DNA of 32,000 nt from Bacillus subtilis subsp. subtilis str. 168. GTDB taxonomy: Bacteria > Bacillota > Bacilli > Bacillales > Bacillaceae. Location: positions 1,470,001 to 1,502,000 of the forward strand of contig NC_000964.3 in NCBI RefSeq assembly GCF_000009045.1. The letters are read 5' to 3'. Under the pieces are notes generated by a model. That model was not told the origin of the DNA. It was given only the letters and a program-made list of their open reading frames with translations, and searched no databases. The position numbers and the translations under genes were made by a program. Positions 16,045 to 24,402 of the stretch are shown piece by piece (the first letter of the stretch is position 1; each line of letters opens with the position of its first letter).

Positions 16045-16926
16045 ATGCAGCTTCAAGAGCTTCATATGCTCGTAGTTTTAGCTGAGGAATTAAATATGAG
16101 AAAGGCGGCAGAACGGCTTTTTGTATCTCAGCCGGCTTTATCTCAGCGCTTACAAACCATTGAAAAGGCGTGGGGAACAAAAATCTTTTTAAGATCTCAA
16201 AAAGGATTAACGGTAACGCCCGCCGGTGAGAAAATCATTCAGTTTGCGAATGATGTGACATTAGAGCAGGAAAGAATAAGAGAAAATATTGACGAGCTTG
16301 AAGGTGAAATTCACGGCACATTGAAGCTTGCCGTCGCCTCCATAATCGGTCAGCATTGGCTCCCTAAAGTCCTGAAGACGTATGTGGAAAAGTATCCGAA
16401 TGCAAAGATCTCGCTCATAACCGGGTGGAGCAGCGAAATGCTGAAAAGCTTGTATGAGGATCAGGTTCATATCGGCATTATAAGAGGCAACCCTGAGTGG
16501 AAGGGGCGCAAAGATTACTTAATGACAGATCATCTGTATTTAGTGGATACTGAAATTTCCTGCATCGAAGATATTGCCCATACAGAACGTCCGTTTATCC
16601 AGTTTAAAAGTGACAGCACTTATTTTCAGGAAATTCAGCACTGGTGGCATCAAAAATTTAAAACGTCGCCGAAACAGACGATATTGGTTGATCAGATTGA
16701 AACGTGCAAACAGATGGCGCTGCACGGAATCGGTTATGCCATTTTGCCGTCTGTTACCCTTCAAAATGAAGATAAAGTGAATAAAATGCCTCTTTTAGAC
16801 ATGAAAGGGCATCCGATCGGTCGGGATACATGGTTATTAGGTTATGAGCCTGCCTTTGAACTGAAACAAGTTCAAGCTTTTGTACAAGTGATAAAGGATA
16901 TGCTGGATCAGGAAAATCCATTTTAA
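16045..16926 (+). CDS. ccpC: LysR-type transcriptional regulator CcpC (citrate-responsive repressor of citZ/citB)
   Basis: 293-aa ORF with RBS AAAGGAGG. N-terminal wHTH (NMRKAAERLFVSQPALSQRLQTIE). Recognised as CcpC. Confidence 0.95.
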   Translation: MQLQELHMLVVLAEELNMRKAAERLFVSQPALSQRLQTIEKAWGTKIFLRSQKGLTVTPAGEKIIQFANDVTLEQERIRENIDELEGEIHGTLKLAVASIIGQHWLPKVLKTYVEKYPNAKISLITGWSSEMLKSLYEDQVHIGIIRGNPEWKGRKDYLMTDHLYLVDTEISCIEDIAHTERPFIQFKSDSTYFQEIQHWWHQKFKTSPKQTILVDQIETCKQMALHGIGYAILPSVTLQNEDKVNKMPLLDMKGHPIGRDTWLLGYEPAFELKQVQAFVQVIKDMLDQENPF

Positions 16927-16953
16927 AGACAGCGAGGTGCTGTCTTTTTTTTA
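16926..16953 (+). terminator. Terminator after ccpC
   Basis: AAGACAGC-gaggt-GCTGTCTT followed by TTTTTTATTT. Confidence 0.85.
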
Positions 16954-16961
16954 TTTATCTG

Positions 16962-17020
16962 TTGACAATGAAAATCATTATCATTTAAAGTGATACATAT
17001 GATATTGAAAATCATTATCA
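16962..17020 (+). promoter_or_regulatory. ykuNOP promoter with two Fur boxes
   Basis: -35 TTGACA (16962-16967). Identical TGAAAATCATTATCA motifs at 16969-16983 and 17006-17020. Candidate -10 TAAAGT at 16986-16991. Confidence 0.8.
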
Positions 17021-17037
17021 ACTAATGGGGTGATAAC

Positions 17038-17514
17038 ATGGCTAAAGCCTTGATTACATATGCCAGCATGTCAGGAAATACAGAAGACATTGCCTTCATA
17101 ATAAAAGATACGCTTCAGGAATATGAGTTGGATATCGATTGTGTCGAGATAAATGATATGGATGCGTCTTGTTTAACCTCCTATGATTATGTACTGATTG
17201 GCACCTATACATGGGGGGACGGCGATTTGCCCTACGAAGCGGAGGATTTTTTCGAAGAGGTCAAACAGATTCAGCTTAATGGTTTAAAAACAGCCTGCTT
17301 CGGGTCTGGCGATTATTCTTATCCAAAGTTTTGCGAAGCGGTGAATTTGTTCAATGTCATGCTGCAAGAGGCGGGAGCTGCTGTTTACCAGGAAACACTA
17401 AAAATTGAATTAGCGCCTGAAACAGATGAAGATGTGGAAAGCTGCCGAGCGTTTGCGAGAGGTTTTCTTGCATGGGCAGATTATATGAACAAGGAAAAAA
17501 TCCATGTTTCATAA
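17038..17514 (+). CDS. fldN: Short-chain flavodoxin
   Basis: 158-aa ORF. FMN-binding motifs YASMSGNTE and GTYTWGDGDLP. Recognised as YkuN. Confidence 0.92.
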   Translation: MAKALITYASMSGNTEDIAFIIKDTLQEYELDIDCVEINDMDASCLTSYDYVLIGTYTWGDGDLPYEAEDFFEEVKQIQLNGLKTACFGSGDYSYPKFCEAVNLFNVMLQEAGAAVYQETLKIELAPETDEDVESCRAFARGFLAWADYMNKEKIHVS

Positions 17515-18397
17515 AGGGGCAACCGCTGTTACGGCATCGGCGTTTTCTGGATATTTTGTGGCGGTACAAAGAGAAGGCATTTTTCATTACTCTTTGGAGC
17601 AGGGCTGGAGAAAGCTTTTTCGTTTGAAAAGTAAGATACACTGTATCAGCTACATAGGGCCTTACTTATTTGGCGTTGGTGAAAAGGGAACAGTCATTCG
17701 TTCGGCTGATGAAGGGAAAACCTGGACGATGTCGAGCTTTCCGACAAATGCAACAGTGTGGGCGATTACCGGCAGAAACAACGGGTTTGTCTGCGCCCAC
17801 GGTAAGCATTGTATTTATGTATCGGATGATTTTGGTGTCTCATGGCGCGTAGCCAAACCTTTTGCCGAATTTCATAATCCCCCTGTTATCCGGTCGTTAT
17901 GCCTTCACGGGGGCAATCTCTTTATCGGCACGCAAATACACGAATATTTTGGCGGCATTTGGGCTTACGACATTAAGCGTGACACTGTCCAAGTTGTCAA
18001 AAAAGAAAAAAACCGGATGACGGCATCCATGCTCGTGTTCAATGAAAATTGGCTGGTGGCGGCGATGGGTTCTGTGAAAGGAAAGCACGGTGCTGTCACT
18101 GTAAGGAATCTTTTGAATGGTGAAGAATTCACCATACAATCCAGTATGATCAGAAATGAAGAATCATTTCTTGATCTTTCAGAGGATGATGGCATTATAT
18201 ATGTCACTACAACACAAGATGAAAATGGTTTTTCGAGAATTTACCAGGTTGATCTCGAAGCCCGGTCGTTAAAATGGTTCGATACCATTAAGGGACATGG
18301 ATGGAGAGTGGCCAATCAGAAAGAGAATTTCTTTTGCGCAGGCTTGTATGAATGTAAATTTGTCCAGCCGTACGAAGTTTCAGCAATGATTCATTAG
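17504..18397 (+). CDS. ykuO: Beta-propeller-like protein with Asp-box (BNR) motifs, unknown function
   Basis: 297-aa ORF whose ATG overlaps the end of ykuN by 11 nt. Asp-boxes SADEGKTW and SDDFGVSW are visible. Confidence 0.85.
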   Translation: MFHKGATAVTASAFSGYFVAVQREGIFHYSLEQGWRKLFRLKSKIHCISYIGPYLFGVGEKGTVIRSADEGKTWTMSSFPTNATVWAITGRNNGFVCAHGKHCIYVSDDFGVSWRVAKPFAEFHNPPVIRSLCLHGGNLFIGTQIHEYFGGIWAYDIKRDTVQVVKKEKNRMTASMLVFNENWLVAAMGSVKGKHGAVTVRNLLNGEEFTIQSSMIRNEESFLDLSEDDGIIYVTTTQDENGFSRIYQVDLEARSLKWFDTIKGHGWRVANQKENFFCAGLYECKFVQPYEVSAMIH

Positions 18398-18412
18398 AGG
18401 AGGAACAAGGAA

Positions 18413-18868
18413 TTGGCGAAGATTTTGCTCGTTTATGCAACAATGTCAGGCAACACTGAAGCTATGGCAGATTTGATTGAAAAGGGGCTTCAGGAGGCGT
18501 TAGCAGAAGTAGACCGTTTCGAAGCAATGGATATTGATGATGCCCAGCTGTTTACCGATTATGACCATGTCATAATGGGAACCTACACGTGGGGAGACGG
18601 AGATCTGCCTGATGAATTTTTAGATCTTGTTGAAGACATGGAGGAGATTGATTTTTCCGGCAAAACATGCGCTGTATTCGGTTCCGGTGATACAGCATAT
18701 GAATTTTTCTGCGGAGCGGTTGATACGCTAGAGGCAAAAATAAAAGAACGCGGTGGAGACATTGTGCTGCCTTCGGTAAAAATCGAAAATAATCCAGAAG
18801 GTGAAGAAGAGGAAGAATTAATAAACTTCGGGAGACAATTCGCAAAGAAAAGCGGGTGCGCTGTCTGA
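18413..18868 (+). CDS. fldP: Short-chain flavodoxin
   Basis: 151-aa ORF with a TTG start 9 nt after GGAGGA. Motifs YATMSGNTE and GTYTWGDGDLP, paralogous to ykuN. Confidence 0.9.
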   Translation: MAKILLVYATMSGNTEAMADLIEKGLQEALAEVDRFEAMDIDDAQLFTDYDHVIMGTYTWGDGDLPDEFLDLVEDMEEIDFSGKTCAVFGSGDTAYEFFCGAVDTLEAKIKERGGDIVLPSVKIENNPEGEEEEELINFGRQFAKKSGCAV

Positions 18869-18878
18869 TCACTCACTG

Positions 18879-18908
18879 GGAACTGCTAAAACGGCTGTTC
18901 CTTTTTTT
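18879..18908 (+). terminator. Terminator after ykuP
   Basis: GGAACTGC-taaaacg-GCTGTTCC (one mismatch) followed by TTTTTTT. Confidence 0.7.
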
Positions 18909-18972
18909 CTTGTCTTTGTATCTTTCCTTTGATACAGTAATGAGGTAGAAAATCAGGAGGAGGACTATACAT

Positions 18973-19683
18973 ATGAAAATGATGGACGCAAATGAAATTA
19001 TTTCATTTATTCAAAATAGTACAAAATCTACACCTGTAAAGGTTTACGTGAAAGGTGAGCTGGAAGGAATCAATTTCGGTGAATCTGCGAAAGCTTTTAT
19101 CAATGGAAACACTGGTGTCGTTTTCGGTGAATGGAGCGAAATCCAAACAGCAATCGAAGAAAACCAAAGCAAAATCGAAGACTATGTGGTTGAAAATGAC
19201 CGCCGCAATTCTGCGATCCCAATGCTTGATCTTAAAAACATCAAAGCGCGTATCGAGCCGGGTGCGATCATCCGCGACCAAGTTGAAATCGGTGATAACG
19301 CAGTCATCATGATGGGTGCTTCTATTAATATCGGTTCAGTCATCGGCGAAGGCACAATGATTGATATGAACGTTGTGCTTGGCGGACGAGCTACTGTTGG
19401 AAAAAACTGCCATATCGGCGCGGGTTCTGTACTTGCGGGCGTTATTGAGCCGCCATCCGCTAAACCGGTTGTGATTGAAGACGACGTCGTAATCGGCGCA
19501 AATGCTGTTGTGCTTGAAGGTGTAACAGTAGGTAAAGGAGCTGTTGTTGCTGCGGGAGCGATCGTGGTAAACGACGTTGAGCCATACACTGTCGTTGCAG
19601 GCACACCAGCTAAAAAAATCAAAGACATTGATGAAAAAACAAAAGGCAAAACTGAAATCAAGCAGGAATTACGCCAGCTGTAA
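18973..19683 (+). CDS. dapH: Tetrahydrodipicolinate N-acetyltransferase
   Basis: 236-aa ORF with RBS AGGAGGAGG. Left-handed beta-helix hexapeptide repeats ([26 protein letters not shown]...). Recognised as DapH (YkuQ). Confidence 0.95.
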   Translation: MKMMDANEIISFIQNSTKSTPVKVYVKGELEGINFGESAKAFINGNTGVVFGEWSEIQTAIEENQSKIEDYVVENDRRNSAIPMLDLKNIKARIEPGAIIRDQVEIGDNAVIMMGASINIGSVIGEGTMIDMNVVLGGRATVGKNCHIGAGSVLAGVIEPPSAKPVVIEDDVVIGANAVVLEGVTVGKGAVVAAGAIVVNDVEPYTVVAGTPAKKIKDIDEKTKGKTEIKQELRQL

Positions 19684-19700
19684 GGAAAAGTTTGATAAAA

Positions 19701-19727
19701 AAGGCGTGGATAATATATCCACGCCTT
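19701..19727 (+). other. Perfect 12-bp intercistronic stem-loop between dapH and dapL
   Basis: AAGGCGTGGATA-ata-TATCCACGCCTT. There is no U-tract after it (ATTCGTA), so it is not a canonical terminator. Confidence 0.6.
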
Positions 19728-19752
19728 ATTCGTATAGGCAGGAGGAATAGAA

Positions 19753-20877
19753 ATGAAGATAGAGGAGCTCATCGCAATTCGCAGAGATCTGCATCGTATA
19801 CCGGAGCTTGGATTTCAGGAGTTCAAAACCCAGCAGTATTTATTAAATGTCTTGGAACAATATCCGCAAGACAGAATTGAAATTGAGAAATGGCGAACAG
19901 GGCTTTTTGTAAAAGTGAACGGGACGGCGCCGGAAAAAATGCTGGCATACAGAGCGGATATCGATGCGCTTTCTATAGAAGAGCAAACTGGTCTTCCATT
20001 CGCATCAGAGCATCACGGCAACATGCACGCCTGCGGTCACGATTTGCATATGACAATTGCACTCGGCATTATTGATCATTTTGTTCACCACCCAGTCAAA
20101 CATGATTTGCTTTTTCTGTTTCAGCCGGCAGAGGAAGGGCCTGGCGGTGCGGAACCAATGCTTGAGAGCGATGTATTAAAAAAATGGCAGCCTGATTTCA
20201 TCACTGCCCTTCATATTGCTCCAGAGCTTCCGGTAGGCACCATTGCGACAAAAAGCGGCCTTCTATTTGCGAATACATCAGAGCTAGTCATCGATCTGGA
20301 AGGCAAAGGGGGACATGCGGCATATCCGCATTTGGCTGAGGATATGGTTGTAGCAGCAAGTACACTTGTCACCCAGCTGCAAACGATTATCTCTAGAAAC
20401 ACAGATCCGCTAGACAGTGCTGTTATTACAGTTGGTACCATTACCGGAGGCTCGGCACAAAATATCATTGCAGAAACGGCCCACCTGGAAGGCACGATCC
20501 GCACGCTTTCTGAAGAATCGATGAAACAAGTAAAGGAACGGATTGAAGATGTAGTGAAAGGAATCGAAATCGGATTCCGCTGCAAAGGAAAAGTGACATA
20601 TCCGTCTGTATATCACCAAGTTTACAATACGAGCGGATTAACAGAAGAATTTATGTCTTTTGTTGCTGAACATCAACTGGCGACAGTAATTGAAGCAAAA
20701 GAAGCAATGACTGGAGAGGATTTTGGCTATATGCTGAAAAAATATCCCGGATTCATGTTCTGGCTCGGCGCTGATTCTGAACATGGGCTTCATCATGCTA
20801 AGCTGAATCCCGATGAAAATGCGATAGAAACAGCGGTTCATGTCATGACAGGTTATTTTTCTGTTTATGCCAATTAA
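19753..20877 (+). CDS. dapL: N-acetyldiaminopimelate deacetylase (M20 amidohydrolase family)
   Basis: 374-aa ORF with RBS AGGAGGAA. M20 metal-binding motifs (HACGHD, QPAEEG). Recognised as YkuR. Confidence 0.92.
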
Positions 20878-20938
20878 GTACAAATGAAAGAATAAAATTC
20901 CATAAAATGAGCACTCTAGTAAACGGAGGTGTTCAAAA

Positions 20939-21184
20939 ATGGCTAAAAAAATTGGAATTGAACAATCGTTATCAGATGTAGAAGCTGCTTTAAAAGAAAA
21001 AGGATATGACGTTGTAATGATGAAAAGCCCTGCTGATGCTCAAGGCTGTGACTGCTGTGTCGTAACAGGTCTTGATAATAATGTGCAAGGGATAGCCGAT
21101 ACGGTAACACAAGCACCTGTCATTACAGCTTCCGGGATGACGGCTGAAGAAATTTGTAGCGAAGTTGAGAGCAGAATTCAGTAA
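20939..21184 (+). CDS. ykuS: UPF0180-family small protein
   Basis: 81-aa ORF with RBS ACGGAGGTG. Confidence 0.85.
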   Translation: MAKKIGIEQSLSDVEAALKEKGYDVVMMKSPADAQGCDCCVVTGLDNNVQGIADTVTQAPVITASGMTAEEICSEVESRIQ

Positions 21185-21185
21185 T

Positions 21186-21222
21186 AAAAAAACCGAAGCA
21201 AAAAGCTTCGGTTCTTTTATTT
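21186..21222. terminator. Bidirectional terminator between ykuS and ykuT
   Basis: AACCGAAGC-aaaaa-GCTTCGGTT with an A-run upstream and a T-run downstream. Confidence 0.85.
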
Positions 21223-22024
21223 ATTCTGTTTCTTTAGGGAAAGCGCGGTCGAACGCGTTCTTTATTTCTTTTCTCAACACTCGTTCGACTCGCCACTGTT
21301 CCATATTTTCTGTTTTGGCAATGACCCTGATTACAATTTCAGAAGTCCCCAGTTCTTGAATCCCGATGACATTTGGGCCTTCTTTTATTTGTGGAAGAGC
21401 CGCTGCCGTTTCATCACAAACCTGCTGTAAAATATGAATCATTTCATCAATATTTCTTTCAGCCGGCACTTTAATGTCAACAAGAGCCTGCATGGTACCA
21501 CGAGAATGATTGCTCACGTTTGTGATGTTTCTGTTGGGGATGTAATGCAGTGTTCCGTCAAAGCTGCGGATTTGAGTTGTCCTTAAGCCAACCTGCTCGA
21601 CAATTCCGTCAAAGGTGGAAACGGTAATATAATCTCCGACATCCAATTGTTTCTCAAGCAAAATAAAAAAACCTGTCACGATATCACTGACAAGCCCTTG
21701 GGCGCCAAATCCGACAGCCAGGCCGACGATTCCTGCCCCCGCTAAAAGAGCGCTTGGATCATAATGAAACAAATCTAGAACCATGACGAAAAATATGAAA
21801 ATCAATGTATAAGCAAATATGTTAAGAGTCAGGCTTCGGAGCGTATGTGCACGTCCGATAGACAAGCTATTCTGCTCCTCGAATTTTGCAAACAGATGTT
21901 TAATGATTTTCATGCCTAATGATCGAACGATAAAATAGAGCAATATCATAATGGCGAGTTTAATGAGCAGAACACCGGCATTTGTAATCAGTCCCGCCCA
22001 ATCATATTGTTTAATAAAGTCCAT
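21221..22024 (-). CDS. ykuT: MscS-family mechanosensitive channel
   Basis: ATG at 22024 lies 6 nt after AAAGGAG and gives 267 aa. Three N-terminal TM segments and an MscS beta-domain (VGDYITV...[11 protein letters not shown]). Confidence 0.88.
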
Positions 22025-22066
22025 GTTGAGCTCCTTTTCTAATTGATTGCTGCACATTGAGACTAG

Positions 22067-22092
22067 TTACCCTGTACATGACCATGTTAAAC
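22067..22092 (-). promoter_or_regulatory. SigB-type promoter for ykuT
   Basis: The minus strand reads GTTTAA-N14-GGGTAA, a near-consensus SigB promoter (GTTTAA-N12-15-GGGTAT), about 40 nt upstream of the ykuT start. Confidence 0.7.
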
Positions 22093-22141
22093 GTTTTATT
22101 CAAAAATGTCGAAGCCAAAGACATACATGATTTGTTAAAAA

Positions 22142-22170
22142 TTGACTCAGGAAATCTGCTTTTATATAAT
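22142..22170 (+). promoter_or_regulatory. SigA promoter for ykuU-ykuV
   Basis: TTGACT (22142-22147), 17-nt spacer, TATAAT (22165-22170). Confidence 0.7.
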
Positions 22171-22260
22171 GGCATTGCAATATAACTAAAAATGGTTAAT
22201 CACCCTTTATTTTCATGCGATTTTGACCTTTAAGCCAAACAATAAATTGGAGGGATACAT

Positions 22261-22803
22261 ATGGCAGAACGTATGGTAGGTAAACAAGCTCCTCGTTTTG
22301 AAATGGAAGCAGTCCTTGCAAGCAAAGAATTCGGCAAAGTAAGTCTTGAGGAAAACATGAAAAACGACAAATGGACAGTGCTGTTCTTCTATCCAATGGA
22401 CTTCACTTTTGTTTGTCCGACAGAAATTACAGCAATGTCTGACCGCTATGACGAGTTCGAAGATCTTGATGCAGAAGTCATCGGGGTTTCAACTGATACC
22501 ATCCATACTCATTTAGCTTGGATCAATACAGACCGCAAAGAAAACGGTCTTGGCCAGCTGAAATACCCGCTTGCTGCTGATACAAACCATGAGGTATCCC
22601 GGGAATATGGCGTTTTAATCGAAGAAGAAGGTGTGGCTTTGCGCGGATTGTTTATTATTAATCCTGAAGGGGAGCTTCAATATCAAACTGTTTTCCATAA
22701 CAACATTGGGCGTGATGTTGATGAAACGCTTCGTGTTCTCCAGGCGCTGCAAACTGGCGGACTCTGTCCGGCTAACTGGAAACCAGGCCAAAAAACACTT
22801 TAA
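22261..22803 (+). CDS. ahpA: Typical 2-Cys peroxiredoxin
   Basis: 180-aa ORF with RBS GGAGGG. Peroxidatic motif DFTFVCPTE and a resolving Cys near the C-terminus (GGLCP). Recognised as YkuU. Confidence 0.92.
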   Translation: MAERMVGKQAPRFEMEAVLASKEFGKVSLEENMKNDKWTVLFFYPMDFTFVCPTEITAMSDRYDEFEDLDAEVIGVSTDTIHTHLAWINTDRKENGLGQLKYPLAADTNHEVSREYGVLIEEEGVALRGLFIINPEGELQYQTVFHNNIGRDVDETLRVLQALQTGGLCPANWKPGQKTL

Positions 22804-22874
22804 TTCTTTCCAAGAACGAAAAGCGGTCTAGCATATTCGTTAGGCCTCTCTTTTAAAATAGGAGGGAAAAAGCA

Positions 22875-23321
22875 ATGAAATTACGTCAGCCCATGCCGGA
22901 ATTGACGGGAGAAAAAGCTTGGTTAAATGGTGAAGTGACGAGAGAGCAATTGATTGGGGAAAAGCCGACGCTTATTCATTTCTGGTCCATCAGCTGCCAC
23001 TTGTGCAAAGAAGCGATGCCGCAAGTGAATGAATTTCGTGATAAATATCAAGATCAGCTGAATGTTGTAGCTGTACACATGCCCCGTTCCGAAGATGATC
23101 TTGACCCTGGTAAAATTAAAGAAACAGCTGCTGAACACGATATCACTCAGCCGATTTTTGTTGACAGTGACCATGCTTTAACCGATGCATTTGAAAATGA
23201 ATATGTACCTGCATATTATGTGTTTGATAAAACAGGACAGCTCCGTCACTTCCAAGCCGGCGGGAGCGGTATGAAAATGCTTGAAAAACGTGTGAACCGC
23301 GTTCTGGCTGAAACGGAATAG
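22875..23321 (+). CDS. ykuV: Thioredoxin-fold thiol-disulfide oxidoreductase
   Basis: 148-aa ORF with RBS AGGAGGG. CxxC active site WSISCHLC. Confidence 0.9.
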   Translation: MKLRQPMPELTGEKAWLNGEVTREQLIGEKPTLIHFWSISCHLCKEAMPQVNEFRDKYQDQLNVVAVHMPRSEDDLDPGKIKETAAEHDITQPIFVDSDHALTDAFENEYVPAYYVFDKTGQLRHFQAGGSGMKMLEKRVNRVLAETE

Positions 23322-23345
23322 GTATCTGACTAAATAGTATTTCCT

Positions 23346-23375
23346 AAAAACCTGACCTCATCAGGTTTTTTATTT
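23346..23375 (+). terminator. Terminator after ykuV
   Basis: AAAACCTGA-cctca-TCAGGTTTT followed by TTATTT. Confidence 0.85.
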
Positions 23376-23786
23376 GTGCAAAAAGCAATGGAAGAAGAGT
23401 AAGAAGCTTATTTTTCCAAATTTGGGTATAGGAATTGATGATTTGTTTGATTGATACGCTAAAAAACACAGCTAATTTTTGATGTTTTTCCTCAATTTTA
23501 GATAAATCTCATATCTCATAACTCGAAAATTGTAGATATTACACTAAATTTCTTTAAAGAAGTAAGTAAAATATATATTTTCAACATTATACCAAATAAA
23601 CTAGAAAGCCCCTTAATCCCTTGAGAATAAAGGACTCTTTTGAAAAATAAAACATTTTCAGAAAATAAGGAATTTTTCATAGAGTAAATATAATAGTAAA
23701 ATGCTAAAATAATAGTTGATAAAATTACTTTTGTAATCTAATATCTTAATTAAAGATGTTAATTTTGATAGGGGGTACATTGAGGA

Positions 23787-24362
23787 ATGTTTAATGAAAG
23801 AGAAGCTTTGCGCTTGCGGTTAGAACAATTAAATGAAGCTGAAGTGAAAGTCATTCGTGAATATCAAATTGAACGTGATAAAATATACGCAAAATTAAGA
23901 GAGCTGGACAGAAATGGAAGCCCTTCCGAAATCAAAAAGGATTTCCGTTCTGAAAAAAAACCTGACTCTCTGCCGGTTCTCGCTGAGCTTGCGGCTCAGG
24001 AAATCAGAAGCTATCAGCCGCAATCACAGCAGCAGTCTGTTCAGCCTCAGCTTCAATCTATTTCCTCTCTTCCTGCCGGTATACCAGACGGAACAACACG
24101 AAGAAGAAGAGGAACGGCAAGACCGGGATCAAAAGCAGCTAAGCTGCGTGAAGCTGCTATTAAAACATTAAAACGCCACAACGCGGCGATTAAGAGCTCG
24201 GAGCTTCAAAAAGAGATTGAAAAAGAAAGCGGTCTTGAAATCCCTAATATGACAACGTTTATGCAAAGCTTAATTAAAATGTACCCGGAAGTGAAAAAGC
24301 CATATCGCGGGCAGTACATTTTAGAGGGTGAAATCGAATCTGCAGAATCAGCAAACGAATAA
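23787..24362 (+). CDS. rok: Nucleoid-associated repressor Rok (comK repressor, silencer of A+T-rich DNA)
   Basis: 191-aa ORF with an N-terminal coiled-coil, a Q/S/P-rich linker with an RRRRG patch, and a C-terminal DNA-binding domain. Recognised as Rok. Confidence 0.95.
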   Translation: MFNEREALRLRLEQLNEAEVKVIREYQIERDKIYAKLRELDRNGSPSEIKKDFRSEKKPDSLPVLAELAAQEIRSYQPQSQQQSVQPQLQSISSLPAGIPDGTTRRRRGTARPGSKAAKLREAAIKTLKRHNAAIKSSELQKEIEKESGLEIPNMTTFMQSLIKMYPEVKKPYRGQYILEGEIESAESANE

Positions 24363-24370
24363 ATATAAAG

Positions 24371-24402
24371 AAAAACTGCTTGGCATCGCTCAAGCAGTTT
24401 TT
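24371..24402. terminator. Bidirectional terminator between rok and yknT
   Basis: AAAAACTGCTTG-gcatcgct-CAAGCAGTTTTT. Confidence 0.85.

Noticed and set aside
18909-18972. Lysine riboswitch (L-box) or other leader structure upstream of dapH, and a Moco riboswitch upstream of mobA (25387-25504)
   Set aside because: The leaders are too short (about 60-120 nt) and I could not find the conserved helices. Only an ordinary candidate promoter (TTGTCT-N17-TACAGT with an upstream TG) is visible before dapH.
19182-19772. 196-aa ORF on the minus strand, antisense to dapH
   Set aside because: It is a low-complexity T/S/P/A-rich translation, the mirror image of the hexapeptide-repeat gene on the plus strand. 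It has no RBS and overlaps a confidently identified gene.
20211-20883. Minus-strand ORFs (124, 69 and 81 aa) antisense to dapL
   Set aside because: They have no translation signals and lie entirely within a well-supported M20 deacetylase gene. These are typical shadow ORFs.
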